Shown here: one piece after another, positions 50,423 through 59,084 of the stretch
How the letters are laid out: each line of letters begins with the position of its first letter
Position numbering within the stretch: the first letter of the stretch is position 1
IMG/VR virus record: IMGVR_UViG_2728369139_000007
Span: 765-64,764 of that record
Source: a virus
Taxonomy: Duplodnaviria > Caudoviricetes
Length of the DNA: 64,000 bases
Reading direction: 5' to 3' (one strand)
The notes under the pieces: generated by a model
The model's database searches: none
The model's input: the letters and a program-made list of their open reading frames with translations, nothing else
Told to the model about the DNA's origin: nothing
Translations under genes and position numbers: made by a program

Positions 50423-50593
50423 TTATTTCGTTTTTTTCAATGTTATCTCGTATCCATCAATTTCTTTTAATCTCGTAACCGTTAAATTACCGACCCATCC
50501 TCCTCTTCGTTTTGCTTCCTTTACAGCCTCATCCAAATCCGCTGCTGCAATTAAATACGAATCCCAATTTGTCTTTACCGAGAATAGATACAT
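50423..50593 (-). CDS. Small cassette protein, 56 aa (MYLFSVKTNW...), not in ORF track
   Basis: Translated by hand; AAGGAG RBS; flanked by cassette repeats. Confidence 0.65.
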   Translation of the reverse strand: MYLFSVKTNWDSYLIAAADLDEAVKEAKRRGGWVGNLTVTRLKEIDGYEITLKKTK

Positions 50594-50803
50594 TCTGTTT
50601 CTCCTTCCTATTAAAAGGATTATTTTGTTAAAAACCCCGAAGATATTTTCTTGTCAGTAAAATTTTTCTGATAATTTCATTTGCTAGGAAAATAAGGATT
50701 ATTAGTTTCATACATCAAAATACTTATACATATTCATTACAAACAAAATGTTAATTTTGTATGTTCCCTTATAAAATTAAACTTAAGAAAGGGTGATAAT
50801 ATA

Positions 50804-50905
50804 ATGCTTAAGTTTTTTCTAACCTTAACTGCTAAAAACGATCAAACAATAACATGGAAGAAATACTATTATGAAATTGTTAAAGCTATGATCATTTATA
50901 AATGA
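50804..50905 (+). CDS. Possible 33-aa peptide (MLKFFLTLTAKNDQTITWKKYYYEIVKAMIIYK) in a reversed cassette
   Basis: AAAGGGTGA RBS; translated by hand. Confidence 0.4.
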   Translation: MLKFFLTLTAKNDQTITWKKYYYEIVKAMIIYK

Positions 50906-50965
50906 ATCGAATATATTTCCATGAGATTCAATCAAATTTTATTGAACAGATTTACAATCCTTACT

Positions 50966-51071
50966 GAATAAAACTCAATATTCCGTCAATACTGTAAACA
51001 ACCCATTAAGTTACTTTCTCCTTGTTCCCCCTTGGAGAACCGAGCAGTTAGCTTTTGCTAGCTGCTCTTTT
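50966..51071 (+). ncRNA. Putative small RNA cassette with C/U-rich anti-SD-like tract
   Basis: GAATA-N17-AATACT forespore-sigma-like promoter; tttctccttgttccccctt; terminator gagcagttagc-tttt-gctagctgctc plus T-run. Confidence 0.45.
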
Positions 51072-51447
51072 AATTTTTAGGAACTTCAAATTTCGCTTTC
51101 AATCGTTCATAAGTTATTTTTTCCTGTTCTTCTCGTTTTCTTTTATATTCCTCTTGTTGTTTTTGTTGTTCTAATCGTCTTTGATTCTCATACTCTTCAA
51201 TTTCTTCATGAGATATTATTCCTTTTTCATGCAATGTTTTTCTTAACCAATCCTTTTTTAATATATAAGCTCTAGCGTTGCCTTTACTGTAAGCATGAAT
51301 TTCACTGTGATCATCTTCGCGCCATTGCTCAACTACAAAGATTCCCTTATCCTTTGTGACAATCGTAATAGCTTCAGCAAATTGAGCCATGTGTGTAAAA
51401 GCTATTTCTTTTCCGATTAAATCTTCTTCTTTATCAATAAAGTACAT
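51070..51447 (-). CDS. Hypothetical phage protein
   Basis: 125 aa cassette ORF. Confidence 0.7.
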   Translation of the reverse strand: MYFIDKEEDLIGKEIAFTHMAQFAEAITIVTKDKGIFVVEQWREDDHSEIHAYSKGNARAYILKKDWLRKTLHEKGIISHEEIEEYENQRRLEQQKQQEEYKRKREEQEKITYERLKAKFEVPKN

Positions 51448-51484
51448 TTAACATCTTCCTTTTCTACAAAATGAAATTTTTATA

Positions 51485-51682
51485 TTAATTACTTTCATCC
51501 CTCATAACCCAATTCAATCTCATTACTACTTGGTCCAAAATTCCTATTTGTTTATTAACACCATCACGATATTCCTCACTATGAATTCTTGAAAAGCCAT
51601 TTTGGATCCGTTTTAAACCTGATTTTCTACGTTCTAAATCAGTAATAAGCTGTTTAACTTCTTCAGATTTCAAACTGCACAT
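51485..51682 (-). CDS. Hypothetical phage protein
   Basis: 65 aa cassette ORF between two repeats. Confidence 0.6.
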   Translation of the reverse strand: MCSLKSEEVKQLITDLERRKSGLKRIQNGFSRIHSEEYRDGVNKQIGILDQVVMRLNWVMRDESN

Positions 51683-51713
51683 CCTTTTCTAATAAAATAG
51701 CGTTTTTATTCAA

Positions 51714-52188
51714 TTATCGGTCTCACTTCTTCGTTTTCTTATAATCGACATGAAATATTGCATATTTCGACATTTTTCTACACAAACAGTCAAATATGGT
51801 GTATTATATAGTAGAAGAGTAAGGTAAGAGTTACTCTTTGCCATTTTAGGAAAAGGCCTGCTATTTATAGCGGGTCCTTTTTGTTAAACTACAACTAAAA
51901 TAACCTTTTTATTCAAGTTGATGACCATACTAATTGGACGCATTTACCAGTATTTTTACCAATAAATTCATGATATGGTTAATTAGTCGAGTACGTCATT
52001 ACTTGACATTTACCCTTAGAAGCCCCGTAGATAAACGGGGTTTCTTTTATTTAAATTATAATTTCTTTAAAAACTTTTTACCTTTTAACTGGACAAGCAT
52101 ATGTTATTGTATGGAGGCATCCATTCATAGAAATCTACCTTTCTTGTTAAAGAGCATACTTACATGTGTGCTCTTTTTTGTTTGCTAT
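51714..52188 (+). ncRNA. Three tandem non-coding promoter-to-terminator cassettes
   Basis: Terminators at 51851-51882, 52018-52048 and 52149-52179, each followed by a cassette repeat; no RBS-supported ORF. Confidence 0.5.
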
Positions 52189-52203
52189 GAAATAACGATT
52201 TTG

Positions 52204-52359
52204 TCACTTTCTAAATGCACTAATTACTCTAGAAACCATATCGTCAAAAGCATTCACCATACTAGTAACACAAAGAAATATAGCTATTAAAGGCATACAC
52301 CAAAAGTAGTGATACCACTTCGAGTAGCTTTTCATTTTCCACCACTCATGCAATCCCAT
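52204..52359 (-). CDS. Small membrane peptide, 51 aa (MGLHEWWKMK...), not in ORF track
   Basis: Translated by hand; AGGTGA RBS; fills exactly one cassette. Confidence 0.6.
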   Translation of the reverse strand: MGLHEWWKMKSYSKWYHYFWCMPLIAIFLCVTSMVNAFDDMVSRVISAFRK

Positions 52360-52389
52360 TCCATTCACCTGCCAAATAAGGATTTTGTC

Positions 52390-52896
52390 CTAATTATCTC
52401 TAACTGTATTTATGGCCGCTTTGCAAACAGCTATCCCAAACTTTTCTTCAATAACGTAATCATTGTCATCTATGTTAACTTGCCAATCACCAGATTCATT
52501 TTTAACTCTCACATCATGACCGTCTTCATGTAACTGATCCAAGATAATTGCCGCATAATTAATTGCATCGAACTTTTCTATTGGCATATCATGAAACGCT
52601 TTTCCATCTTTACCCCAATGAGTTTCTACCTTTTGCCATTTGAGCACTTCACGAGCAATTACATCATTTAATTTTTCAACTTCATTCAAATCTTCAAACG
52701 AGATCCAACTCTCTTCAAAATGCGCTACAAAATTTTCATCAATAACGCTATACGTAATGCATCCAATTCTCCATTCGAAACCATCATGTGCTATCACAGA
52801 ATCATATTGTTTTAAAGCTTCCCCATTCTTATCAACTGCATTGATTTCAATTGCACCTTTTTTCCACATTTCTTTCGCCTTTTCGATGTTTGTCAT
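52390..52896 (-). CDS. Hypothetical phage protein
   Basis: 168 aa cassette ORF, AAGGGGAG RBS. Confidence 0.7.
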   Translation of the reverse strand: MTNIEKAKEMWKKGAIEINAVDKNGEALKQYDSVIAHDGFEWRIGCITYSVIDENFVAHFEESWISFEDLNEVEKLNDVIAREVLKWQKVETHWGKDGKAFHDMPIEKFDAINYAAIILDQLHEDGHDVRVKNESGDWQVNIDDNDYVIEEKFGIAVCKAAINTVRDN

Positions 52897-52934
52897 TTTT
52901 TATTCTCCCCTTCGTTTTTAAATAAGAATTTTGT

Positions 52935-53090
52935 TTAGTTTTCCTTAATCTTTTGTTTAGTCCACTCCACAACTACTCTTCTTGATTGAAACCAGTATGC
53001 ATTGCACGTAGGACAAACATATTTAGTACAAGTTTCAGCGTAATTAACTGTCTCTAGCTTATTTCCACAATCTAAACAATGTTTAGCCAA
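52935..53090 (-). CDS. Small Zn-ribbon protein, 51 aa (CLDC...CPTC), not in ORF track
   Basis: Translated by hand; AAGGAG RBS, TTG start. Confidence 0.65.
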   Translation of the reverse strand: MAKHCLDCGNKLETVNYAETCTKYVCPTCNAYWFQSRRVVVEWTKQKIKEN

Positions 53091-53119
53091 TATAATCATC
53101 TCCTTTCTCTCCAAAATAA

Positions 53120-53518
53120 CTATTTTGTTATGTTTTTTAGTAATTCTGGATTTTCATAGATATTACCGACGATCTCCAATATGTGCATTTCGTTCCATAA
53201 CGGAACTGCTGCGGTACCATTATCAATCCACCAACATCCTTCAAACATCATCACTTGTCCTACAAATTTTCTTGGTTCTCCAAAAGCAAATACCGTCCGT
53301 TTACAAATGTCACCTTCATAGATTTCTATTCCTTCAGAATCCCTTATTTCTGCATACTGTAAATTTTTCAATTGAGTATATTCGCCGTCATCAACTCGAT
53401 ATATCGCTAACTCTCCATAGGATAACCATGCATTTAAATTGTCCTCGCCTTCAATTTCATCACCTGAATACATCTTTTTAAGTTCTTCATCCCACGCACG
53501 GAACTTATTTTCCCTCAT
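53120..53518 (-). CDS. YopX-family protein
   Basis: MRENKFRAWD...EIYEGDI...EIVGNIYENPELL. Confidence 0.9.
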   Translation of the reverse strand: MRENKFRAWDEELKKMYSGDEIEGEDNLNAWLSYGELAIYRVDDGEYTQLKNLQYAEIRDSEGIEIYEGDICKRTVFAFGEPRKFVGQVMMFEGCWWIDNGTAAVPLWNEMHILEIVGNIYENPELLKNITK

Positions 53519-53555
53519 ATCTATTTCCCTCCCAAATAACGCTTTTGTTTAGTTT

Positions 53556-53708
53556 TTAAAAACCTATGCTAACGCAATCAAAACACCGATATAGAGGTCT
53601 ATTTTTATATGTCCAATAATTTATTCCGTATAATTTACTGACATCCACCTTATTCCCGCAAATATCGCACTTTTTCACTTTTGTAAGTCTCCACCTTTGT
53701 TTCTTCAT
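53556..53708 (-). CDS. Small Zn-finger protein, 50 aa (CDIC...CFDC), not in ORF track
   Basis: Translated by hand; GGAGGAG RBS. Confidence 0.6.
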   Translation of the reverse strand: MKKQRWRLTKVKKCDICGNKVDVSKLYGINYWTYKNRPLYRCFDCVSIGF

Positions 53709-53908
53709 CCATAACTCCTCCGTTTTTATACAAAATTCAAATTTGATTAAAATCTATAAAAAACATTTTGTAGAATTTTTTAAAATTTATATATACTTAT
53801 AATAAATAATTAGTTATACTATGAAAGTTCCTTACAGTCATAAATATGGAATCGACAATTGCAACAGCTTTACTTCCTTAAGTCCTAGCATTTTAAGCTA
53901 GGACTTTT

Positions 53909-54397
53909 TCACTTCACATCGACACGCGCTTGACTCGCTTCCCGGCTAAATCCGTCTGGATATCTTTTAGCTAATTTTGCGATATTCATTTCAGCAATAT
54001 CTTGTAACGTATATCCCAGTTCATGCGCCATAATCGATACATAATACATAATGTCTCCAAGTTCTAAGGCTAATTTATAAGTGTTTCCGTCCTCTTCTCC
54101 TGGACAATGCGATGGTTGGAAACCATGTCCGTGATAAATTGCTTTTTTAACAATATCAGCCACTTCACCAGCTTCTCCTGTAAGCCCTAAAGCTGCATTT
54201 GAAACACGTCCTCCAAAATCAGTTTTATTATTCCAAGTACGTAATGTTACTTCCTGATAATCGTTTAATTCACCTATTGATAAAATGCTTGCAATCTGTA
54301 AAACAGTAGCCTCTTTTATAACTTGACCTTCTTTTCTTGCTTCACTAATTAATTTCGTTGCTTCCAATACACCGTTTTCCATCACTTTCATTTTCAT
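53909..54397 (-). CDS. MazG-like nucleoside triphosphate pyrophosphohydrolase
   Basis: GLTGEAGEVADIVKK...ELGDIMYY...NIAKLAKRYPDGF. Confidence 0.88.
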   Translation of the reverse strand: MKMKVMENGVLEATKLISEARKEGQVIKEATVLQIASILSIGELNDYQEVTLRTWNNKTDFGGRVSNAALGLTGEAGEVADIVKKAIYHGHGFQPSHCPGEEDGNTYKLALELGDIMYYVSIMAHELGYTLQDIAEMNIAKLAKRYPDGFSREASQARVDVK

Positions 54398-54406
54398 CTA
54401 CTCCTC

Positions 54407-54829
54407 TTAACTAATATTTTTATTTTTAGACTTAGCTGGTGTTGTAGCTGCTTTTATCGGTTCCCATCCATAACTCAATCTAGATCTGAAAGTACTTACG
54501 CTTATGCCATTGGATTCAGCAATCTTAACAAGTTCCTTCCTGTCAATTTGTTTACGCGTCGGAATACTTGCCGCATCTTTAGGGTCCCACCCGTTATTTA
54601 CCCTGCTATAAAAAGTACTTGAATTAACTCCATTTTCTTCAGCTAAATTTAGCCATTTATTGTGTTTTCCCTCGCCCATATGCCAATATGTTCTCGGTGG
54701 CGTAGTTAATGCTTCTTGCAATTCCCAACCGTATCTGTACATCCTCATGTAAAGAACCCTTCTACTAATACCGTTTGATTCAGCTTGCTGATATTCCTCA
54801 TCAGTTAACCATCGATTAAAAGCCATCAA
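54407..54829 (-). CDS. Repeat HTH protein
   Basis: Three AExNG(I/V)S...R...GW repeats. Confidence 0.75.
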   Translation of the reverse strand: MMAFNRWLTDEEYQQAESNGISRRVLYMRMYRYGWELQEALTTPPRTYWHMGEGKHNKWLNLAEENGVNSSTFYSRVNNGWDPKDAASIPTRKQIDRKELVKIAESNGISVSTFRSRLSYGWEPIKAATTPAKSKNKNIS

Positions 54830-54838
54830 TTTCCCCTC

Positions 54839-55093
54839 CTAATCCAGCGCTAGAAATTCAGCTCTGGTACGTTTCGAATGAGTTATCATAATCTTCCGAA
54901 TACCTTTACCATGCTCTTCTATTGTTGCGTTCCAAGCTTCGGTTTCAGTTTTAGCATCAAAACAATCCATCTTTTGCCGTTCTTCTTTATCGTAAAAATG
55001 GACTTCATAGCTTGGATTCAAAAACTTTTCACTGGTACTTATCGCGTCATAGTTGAAACTACCCATAACATCATCAATAGTTAATTGCTTCAT
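54839..55093 (-). CDS. Hypothetical phage protein
   Basis: 84 aa ORF in early operon. Confidence 0.65.
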   Translation of the reverse strand: MKQLTIDDVMGSFNYDAISTSEKFLNPSYEVHFYDKEERQKMDCFDAKTETEAWNATIEEHGKGIRKIMITHSKRTRAEFLALD

Positions 55094-55107
55094 AATCGCA
55101 TCCCCAG

Positions 55108-55281
55108 TTATTTTATTTTTTCTGTGATGGTAGTTGATACACGATCAACTTTCCCACCTTGCCAAGTGATTACTTGTTCCCCAAACCCTGTTACTGGAGG
55201 ATTCAGTGGAGTAACCTCACCATTTTTAACCACATAAATTTTATTATCAGTAACATCGATTTCAACTTTCGTAGGCTTCAT
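55108..55281 (-). CDS. DUF3954-like small protein, 57 aa, not in ORF track
   Basis: IYVVKNG...PPVTGFGEQVITWQGGKV; GGAGG RBS. Confidence 0.7.
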   Translation of the reverse strand: MKPTKVEIDVTDNKIYVVKNGEVTPLNPPVTGFGEQVITWQGGKVDRVSTTITEKIK

Positions 55282-55306
55282 ACGACTGAAATCCTCCTTT
55301 TTCTTG

Positions 55307-55501
55307 TTAACTAGCTTTTTGTTGTTTGCTTCTTTCTAATTCTTGTTTCATTGATTCAAATTTTATTAACCATGCTTGCCAACGCTTATCGTTTTCTGCT
55401 TGCTGTTGCTTTGCTACTTCACAATTACAACCGTTCGTTTCAATTACACCCGGATAAGTTTCTTTACGAATGATGCCTGTATTACGACATGATACACACA
55501 T
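55307..55501 (-). CDS. Small Cys-rich phage protein
   Basis: MCVSCRNTG...CNC; AGGAGG RBS. Confidence 0.7.
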   Translation of the reverse strand: MCVSCRNTGIIRKETYPGVIETNGCNCEVAKQQQAENDKRWQAWLIKFESMKQELERSKQQKAS

Positions 55502-55515
55502 GCTTATTCCTCCTT

Positions 55516-56343
55516 TTATGCTTCTACAAATCTTTGTAAACGTTGCTTCGCTATTTCTCTTCTATAACTCGCAGCTTCATTTTTTACAGTTAGACTTGTT
55601 TCAACCATTCGGTCATATGAACGTTTACCAACTTGATGTTTCAATTCTTTTGGTTCTAAATTACTCGTATACAGAGTAGGAAGTTCTTTTCTGTACCGAC
55701 CATCAATGATATTGAACAATTTTTCTTCTACCCACTCCGTAGTTTTTTCTGCCCCAATATCATCTAATATAAGTAAGTCGCATTCTAAAAGAGCTCTCAT
55801 AATTTGTGTTTCATTTTCTTTGTTTTCGCTGTTAAACGTACTGCGAATGCGTTGTAATAATTCTGGAACGCTTTGAAATACGACAATGTATCCTTTTTTA
55901 GAAAGCTCATTTACAATCGCGGCTGCTAAATGGGTTTTACCATTACCAGGTTCTCCCCAAAGTAGTAACGATTCACCTTTCCACTCTTTAAACGTCTTCA
56001 CGTATTTCACCGCAACTTTATAAGCTGTCTCTGATCCATTTCTATCTAGAAACGATTCAAATGTACTTTTGGAGAACCTTTCTCCTAAGTTACTGATGCT
56101 GAACAACTTTTCTATTTCTCGTTTCTTAGCAAAGTTTTGAGCTTCACGTATTTCTGCTTCTTCACGTTCTACAACACACTCACATGTAGGAAGTATTTTA
56201 TTTTTAATACGTAACTGTGGAACTTCTACAGTGATTGCTGCGATATATTTATTACAGTGTTCGCATGTATACCCTTCCGTTTCTTCACTACAAGCCGATG
56301 TATTCACTATCCGAGTCATCACTCTTCCGATTGATTCCGACAC
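55516..56343 (-). CDS. DnaC/IstB-like helicase loader ATPase
   Basis: GEPGNGKT Walker A; LLILDDIG Walker B. Confidence 0.9.
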   Translation of the reverse strand: MSESIGRVMTRIVNTSACSEETEGYTCEHCNKYIAAITVEVPQLRIKNKILPTCECVVEREEAEIREAQNFAKKREIEKLFSISNLGERFSKSTFESFLDRNGSETAYKVAVKYVKTFKEWKGESLLLWGEPGNGKTHLAAAIVNELSKKGYIVVFQSVPELLQRIRSTFNSENKENETQIMRALLECDLLILDDIGAEKTTEWVEEKLFNIIDGRYRKELPTLYTSNLEPKELKHQVGKRSYDRMVETSLTVKNEAASYRREIAKQRLQRFVEA

Positions 56344-57169
56344 GCTTTTTCACTCCTTTATTTCGTTGATATTCAGTTTCTAAAGCATCAACATCTTTTA
56401 AAGTTTTCACATTATTGTTAACCCACTGTTTTAAAATGCCCTCAGCATAATTCCATTTTTTCTGCTGTTTCAAAGCACGTTCCATAGCTGCTTGTACAAG
56501 TTCTTCGTTCGTATCGTTTATCCATTGCGAAATATTTTCGGCTACGAATGAATTTAAAATACCGAAATTATTTTCGTAGAAAGAGAAGATGCTACTACTA
56601 CTTACATTCTCTGTAGTATTCTTTGTAGTAATCTTTGTATTTGTCTTACGTTTAAATGTAGGAGGCTCTTCCGTTTTATCGTAAGAGGGTGGTACATTTG
56701 GTTGCAATACCCTCTTACGTTCTAATGTAGGAGGGGTGCCATTCTCCCAATATAAAATTGATATTTTTTGTATTTCTTCAGGAATAGGCTCTATAAACAT
56801 TACATTGTTACATCTAGTTCCATTTACAAATACCGTACGAAACTCGATACGGACTAACCTTCTGTCCTTCAAGTAATCACATGCATCTTTTACTTGTCTT
56901 TTTGTAAAACCAAATGAATCTGCAAATTGCTGATAACTCTTTTGAAGCGTATCCGCTTTAAACTTTTGTTTATATCTCACATTATTTGAATGCTCATCTC
57001 TTACTTCTGTAGGTTTGTACCAATAAACAACCTCTCCTAATATGGAAATCGCGACCATATTTGGTTTTCCATTATCCAGTGTGAGTGTTTTAAACCAACC
57101 ATGATCTATGACATTTCCACGGAAGTTCATCTGTCCTATTTGTAAAACTATGTTGTTCAAATCAGCCAC
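56288..57169 (-). CDS. Phage replication initiator with C-terminal DnaD domain
   Basis: YAEGILKQW DnaD motif; internal direct repeats tcttacgttyWaatgtaggagg near 56644 and 56713 (likely ori). Confidence 0.85.
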   Translation of the reverse strand: MADLNNIVLQIGQMNFRGNVIDHGWFKTLTLDNGKPNMVAISILGEVVYWYKPTEVRDEHSNNVRYKQKFKADTLQKSYQQFADSFGFTKRQVKDACDYLKDRRLVRIEFRTVFVNGTRCNNVMFIEPIPEEIQKISILYWENGTPPTLERKRVLQPNVPPSYDKTEEPPTFKRKTNTKITTKNTTENVSSSSIFSFYENNFGILNSFVAENISQWINDTNEELVQAAMERALKQQKKWNYAEGILKQWVNNNVKTLKDVDALETEYQRNKGVKKRVGINRKSDDSDSEYIGL

Positions 57170-57342
57170 TTCCTTTCACAAATCGCTATGTGCGATTCGC
57201 CACTTCTAATAATTTTCTTTATTTTGTAATGTGGATAACTACCTTTGAAATATTGTTCAATCATTTGTTTTAATTCTTCTTTGTTTTTTGCTAAGTCCCA
57301 GAACTTATTAGGTAATAGCACTTGATATTCGATTAAATCCAT
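57157..57342 (-). CDS. Small phage protein
   Basis: 61 aa, AGGGA RBS. Confidence 0.7.
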   Translation of the reverse strand: MDLIEYQVLLPNKFWDLAKNKEELKQMIEQYFKGSYPHYKIKKIIRSGESHIAICERKWLI

Positions 57343-57371
57343 GTACTATTTCCCTACTTTCCGTGATATAC

Positions 57372-57536
57372 TTATAACAATTGTTTTTTCTTAAAGGACC
57401 CACTGCCATGGGTCTTTTTATTTTGTTCTACGTCACTCCAAGCCCATCGTTTTATCGGTTCGTAAGTAATGTAAAGCAACAATACACTGCATGCGATAAA
57501 TATTGCGAATACTACTAACGATGCTGTATCTTCCAC
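57372..57536 (-). CDS. Small membrane protein, 54 aa (GTG start, EDTASLVVFAIF...), not in ORF track
   Basis: AAGGAGGTG RBS; translated by hand. Confidence 0.65.
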   Translation of the reverse strand: MEDTASLVVFAIFIACSVLLLYITYEPIKRWAWSDVEQNKKTHGSGSFKKKQLL

Positions 57537-57592
57537 TAAATCACCTCCTTAATTATCAAACGGTAATTTTGTTAAACATCTGAAATTCTGTT

Positions 57593-57793
57593 TTAACTAG
57601 CATTTGTTCCCACCTTTTGTGCTTCTACCCATTTAAGAAAGTCTTCCGCTTTAACACGTTTACTTTTTCCAATTACGATCGTTGGGAAGTCCTTTCTCTT
57701 CATAAGTGCATAAGCGGCTGATCGAGAAATATTTAAGAATTCTTGTACATCCTCTGCTTTCAATGAGAATGGTAATTGTTTTATTTGGTACAT
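57593..57793 (-). CDS. Excisionase-like HTH_17 protein
   Basis: LKAEDVQEFLNISRSAAYAL...FPTIVIG. Confidence 0.8.
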   Translation of the reverse strand: MYQIKQLPFSLKAEDVQEFLNISRSAAYALMKRKDFPTIVIGKSKRVKAEDFLKWVEAQKVGTNAS

Positions 57794-57844
57794 GTTTTTA
57801 GCTCCTTTTCATTTTTTATTTAATTCATCCTACAATTGAACTTT

Positions 57845-58072
57845 TTAAAATAAAGTTTGATTTTCTTGAACTTCAACACCTAAAAAAAGATTATATATGT
57901 CTTCTTCTAATATTTGCGCTATTTGCATTGCATCATCTAATGTTGGAGTTGCGTAGCCAGTTTCCCAATTACTGATTACCGTTTTCTGTTTATTTATCAA
58001 TGCCCCTAGTTGTTCCTGGGTAAAATTTTTACGTTTGCGAGCTTTAATTAAATTATGTCTTTTCTTTCCCAT
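57845..58072 (-). CDS. Cro-like XRE regulator
   Basis: TQEQLG...ISNWETGYATP; AGGAGG RBS. Confidence 0.85.
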   Translation of the reverse strand: MGKKRHNLIKARKRKNFTQEQLGALINKQKTVISNWETGYATPTLDDAMQIAQILEEDIYNLFLGVEVQENQTLF

Positions 58073-58116
58073 GATGACACCTCCTAAAATCCAACTTTCT
58101 TGAACTTGTTACACTC

Positions 58117-58146
58117 ATTATATATCCAAGTTTTTTGTACTGTCAA
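58117..58146 (-). promoter_or_regulatory. Early lytic sigma-A promoter within an operator repeat array
   Basis: TTGACA-18-TATAAT; related TTTTyTGDAyT repeats near 57861, 58096, 58131, 58161 and 58260. Confidence 0.75.
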
Positions 58147-58290
58147 TAATAATATTTGAGTTTTTTGGATTTTTAAACAAAGTTTCAAAAAACTAATGCA
58201 AAACTTTTACAAACAAAGTACAATTTAGTTGTACTTTCAAATTAGAAAAACAGTTTACAGTTTTGGATATAATATATATGGGGTGAATTT

Positions 58291-58659
58291 ATGACTATTT
58301 TAGGGCAAAGGATAAAACTTTCTAGAAAAAAACGTGGATTAACACAAGATGCATTAGCATTAAAGATAAAAGAAAAAATGGATACAGAAACTAAAGTAAC
58401 GAAAACTACAATTTCTAATTATGAAACAGGCTATAGTTCGCCATCTAATGAAACTTTAGTTATCATTTCAGATGTATTAGACGTATCTGTCGATTATTTA
58501 TTAGGTCGATCTGATGATCCAGAATTAAATGCAGTTCAGTTCACTGAATTAAGAAAAGAATTTAACGAGCTAATTGACATGTTAGAAAAAATGCCAAAAG
58601 AAAAACAAGATATGTTACTAGATATGATGAAGGCTGCTGTAGGCCATAACAAAAAATGA
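58291..58659 (+). CDS. XRE phage repressor (AimC-like, convergent with aimX)
   Basis: HTH TQDALA...ISNYETGYSSP...DVSVDYLLGR; no peptidase domain. Confidence 0.85.
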   Translation: MTILGQRIKLSRKKRGLTQDALALKIKEKMDTETKVTKTTISNYETGYSSPSNETLVIISDVLDVSVDYLLGRSDDPELNAVQFTELRKEFNELIDMLEKMPKEKQDMLLDMMKAAVGHNKK

Positions 58660-58690
58660 TTGTCAGCAATTGGGCTAACAATCATTTTTT
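58651..58690. terminator. Bidirectional terminator between repressor and aimX
   Basis: aaaaaatgattgt...acaatcatttttt. Confidence 0.75.
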
Positions 58691-58803
58691 TCTTTTTTAA
58701 CTATATTTTTTATGTTCTCTACCAATTTTTTTTCATTCTCATCTGTAGTTAATACTCCTAATTTTAACATTTCCCATAATGTGCTCTCTAGTACATTTTC
58801 CAT
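58675..58803 (-). CDS. aimX: Putative AimX, 42 aa (MENVLESTLWEMLKLGVLTTDENEKKLVENIKNIVKKEKNDC), not in ORF track
   Basis: GGGGGA RBS; canonical position after aimP and facing the repressor. Confidence 0.6.
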   Translation of the reverse strand: MENVLESTLWEMLKLGVLTTDENEKKLVENIKNIVKKEKNDC

Positions 58804-58877
58804 CGTCGCTTCCCCCATCATCCTTAATTATTCAAAAATATCAAAATGCAGAAAATGAATACCCCCCTAAACGTACG

Positions 58878-58911
58878 AAATGCCATTGCACCCTTAGATG
58901 CAATGGCATTT
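58878..58911 (-). terminator. Hairpin after aimP (terminator or AimR-related palindrome)
   Basis: aaatgccattgca-cccttaga-tgcaatggcattt. Confidence 0.65.
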
Positions 58912-58922
58912 TCATTTATTTA

Positions 58923-59072
58923 TTATCCTAAAGTACCCGGATCCATTTTCATTAATTGTGTCTCTTTTACGTTTCCTGCAGCTTGATCATCTTTAGTTGG
59001 TACCGAACCAATCGATATGACTGATAATGCGAGCGTACATGCAATAACTACACTAGCAATTATTTTTTTCAT
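58923..59072 (-). CDS. aimP: Arbitrium pre-pro-peptide AimP, 49 aa (MKKIIASVVIACTLALSVISIGSVPTKDDQAAGNVKETQLMKMDPGTLG), not in ORF track
   Basis: Sec signal peptide plus C-terminal MKMDPGTLG, immediately downstream of aimR. Confidence 0.88.
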   Translation of the reverse strand: MKKIIASVVIACTLALSVISIGSVPTKDDQAAGNVKETQLMKMDPGTLG

Positions 59073-59084
59073 TGTCACTATCCC

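Noticed and set aside
50416-53909. Repeat array as a CRISPR array or classical integron
   Set aside because: Repeats are short and degenerate, spacers are gene-sized and variable, and there are no cas genes, IntI or attC-type long hairpins.
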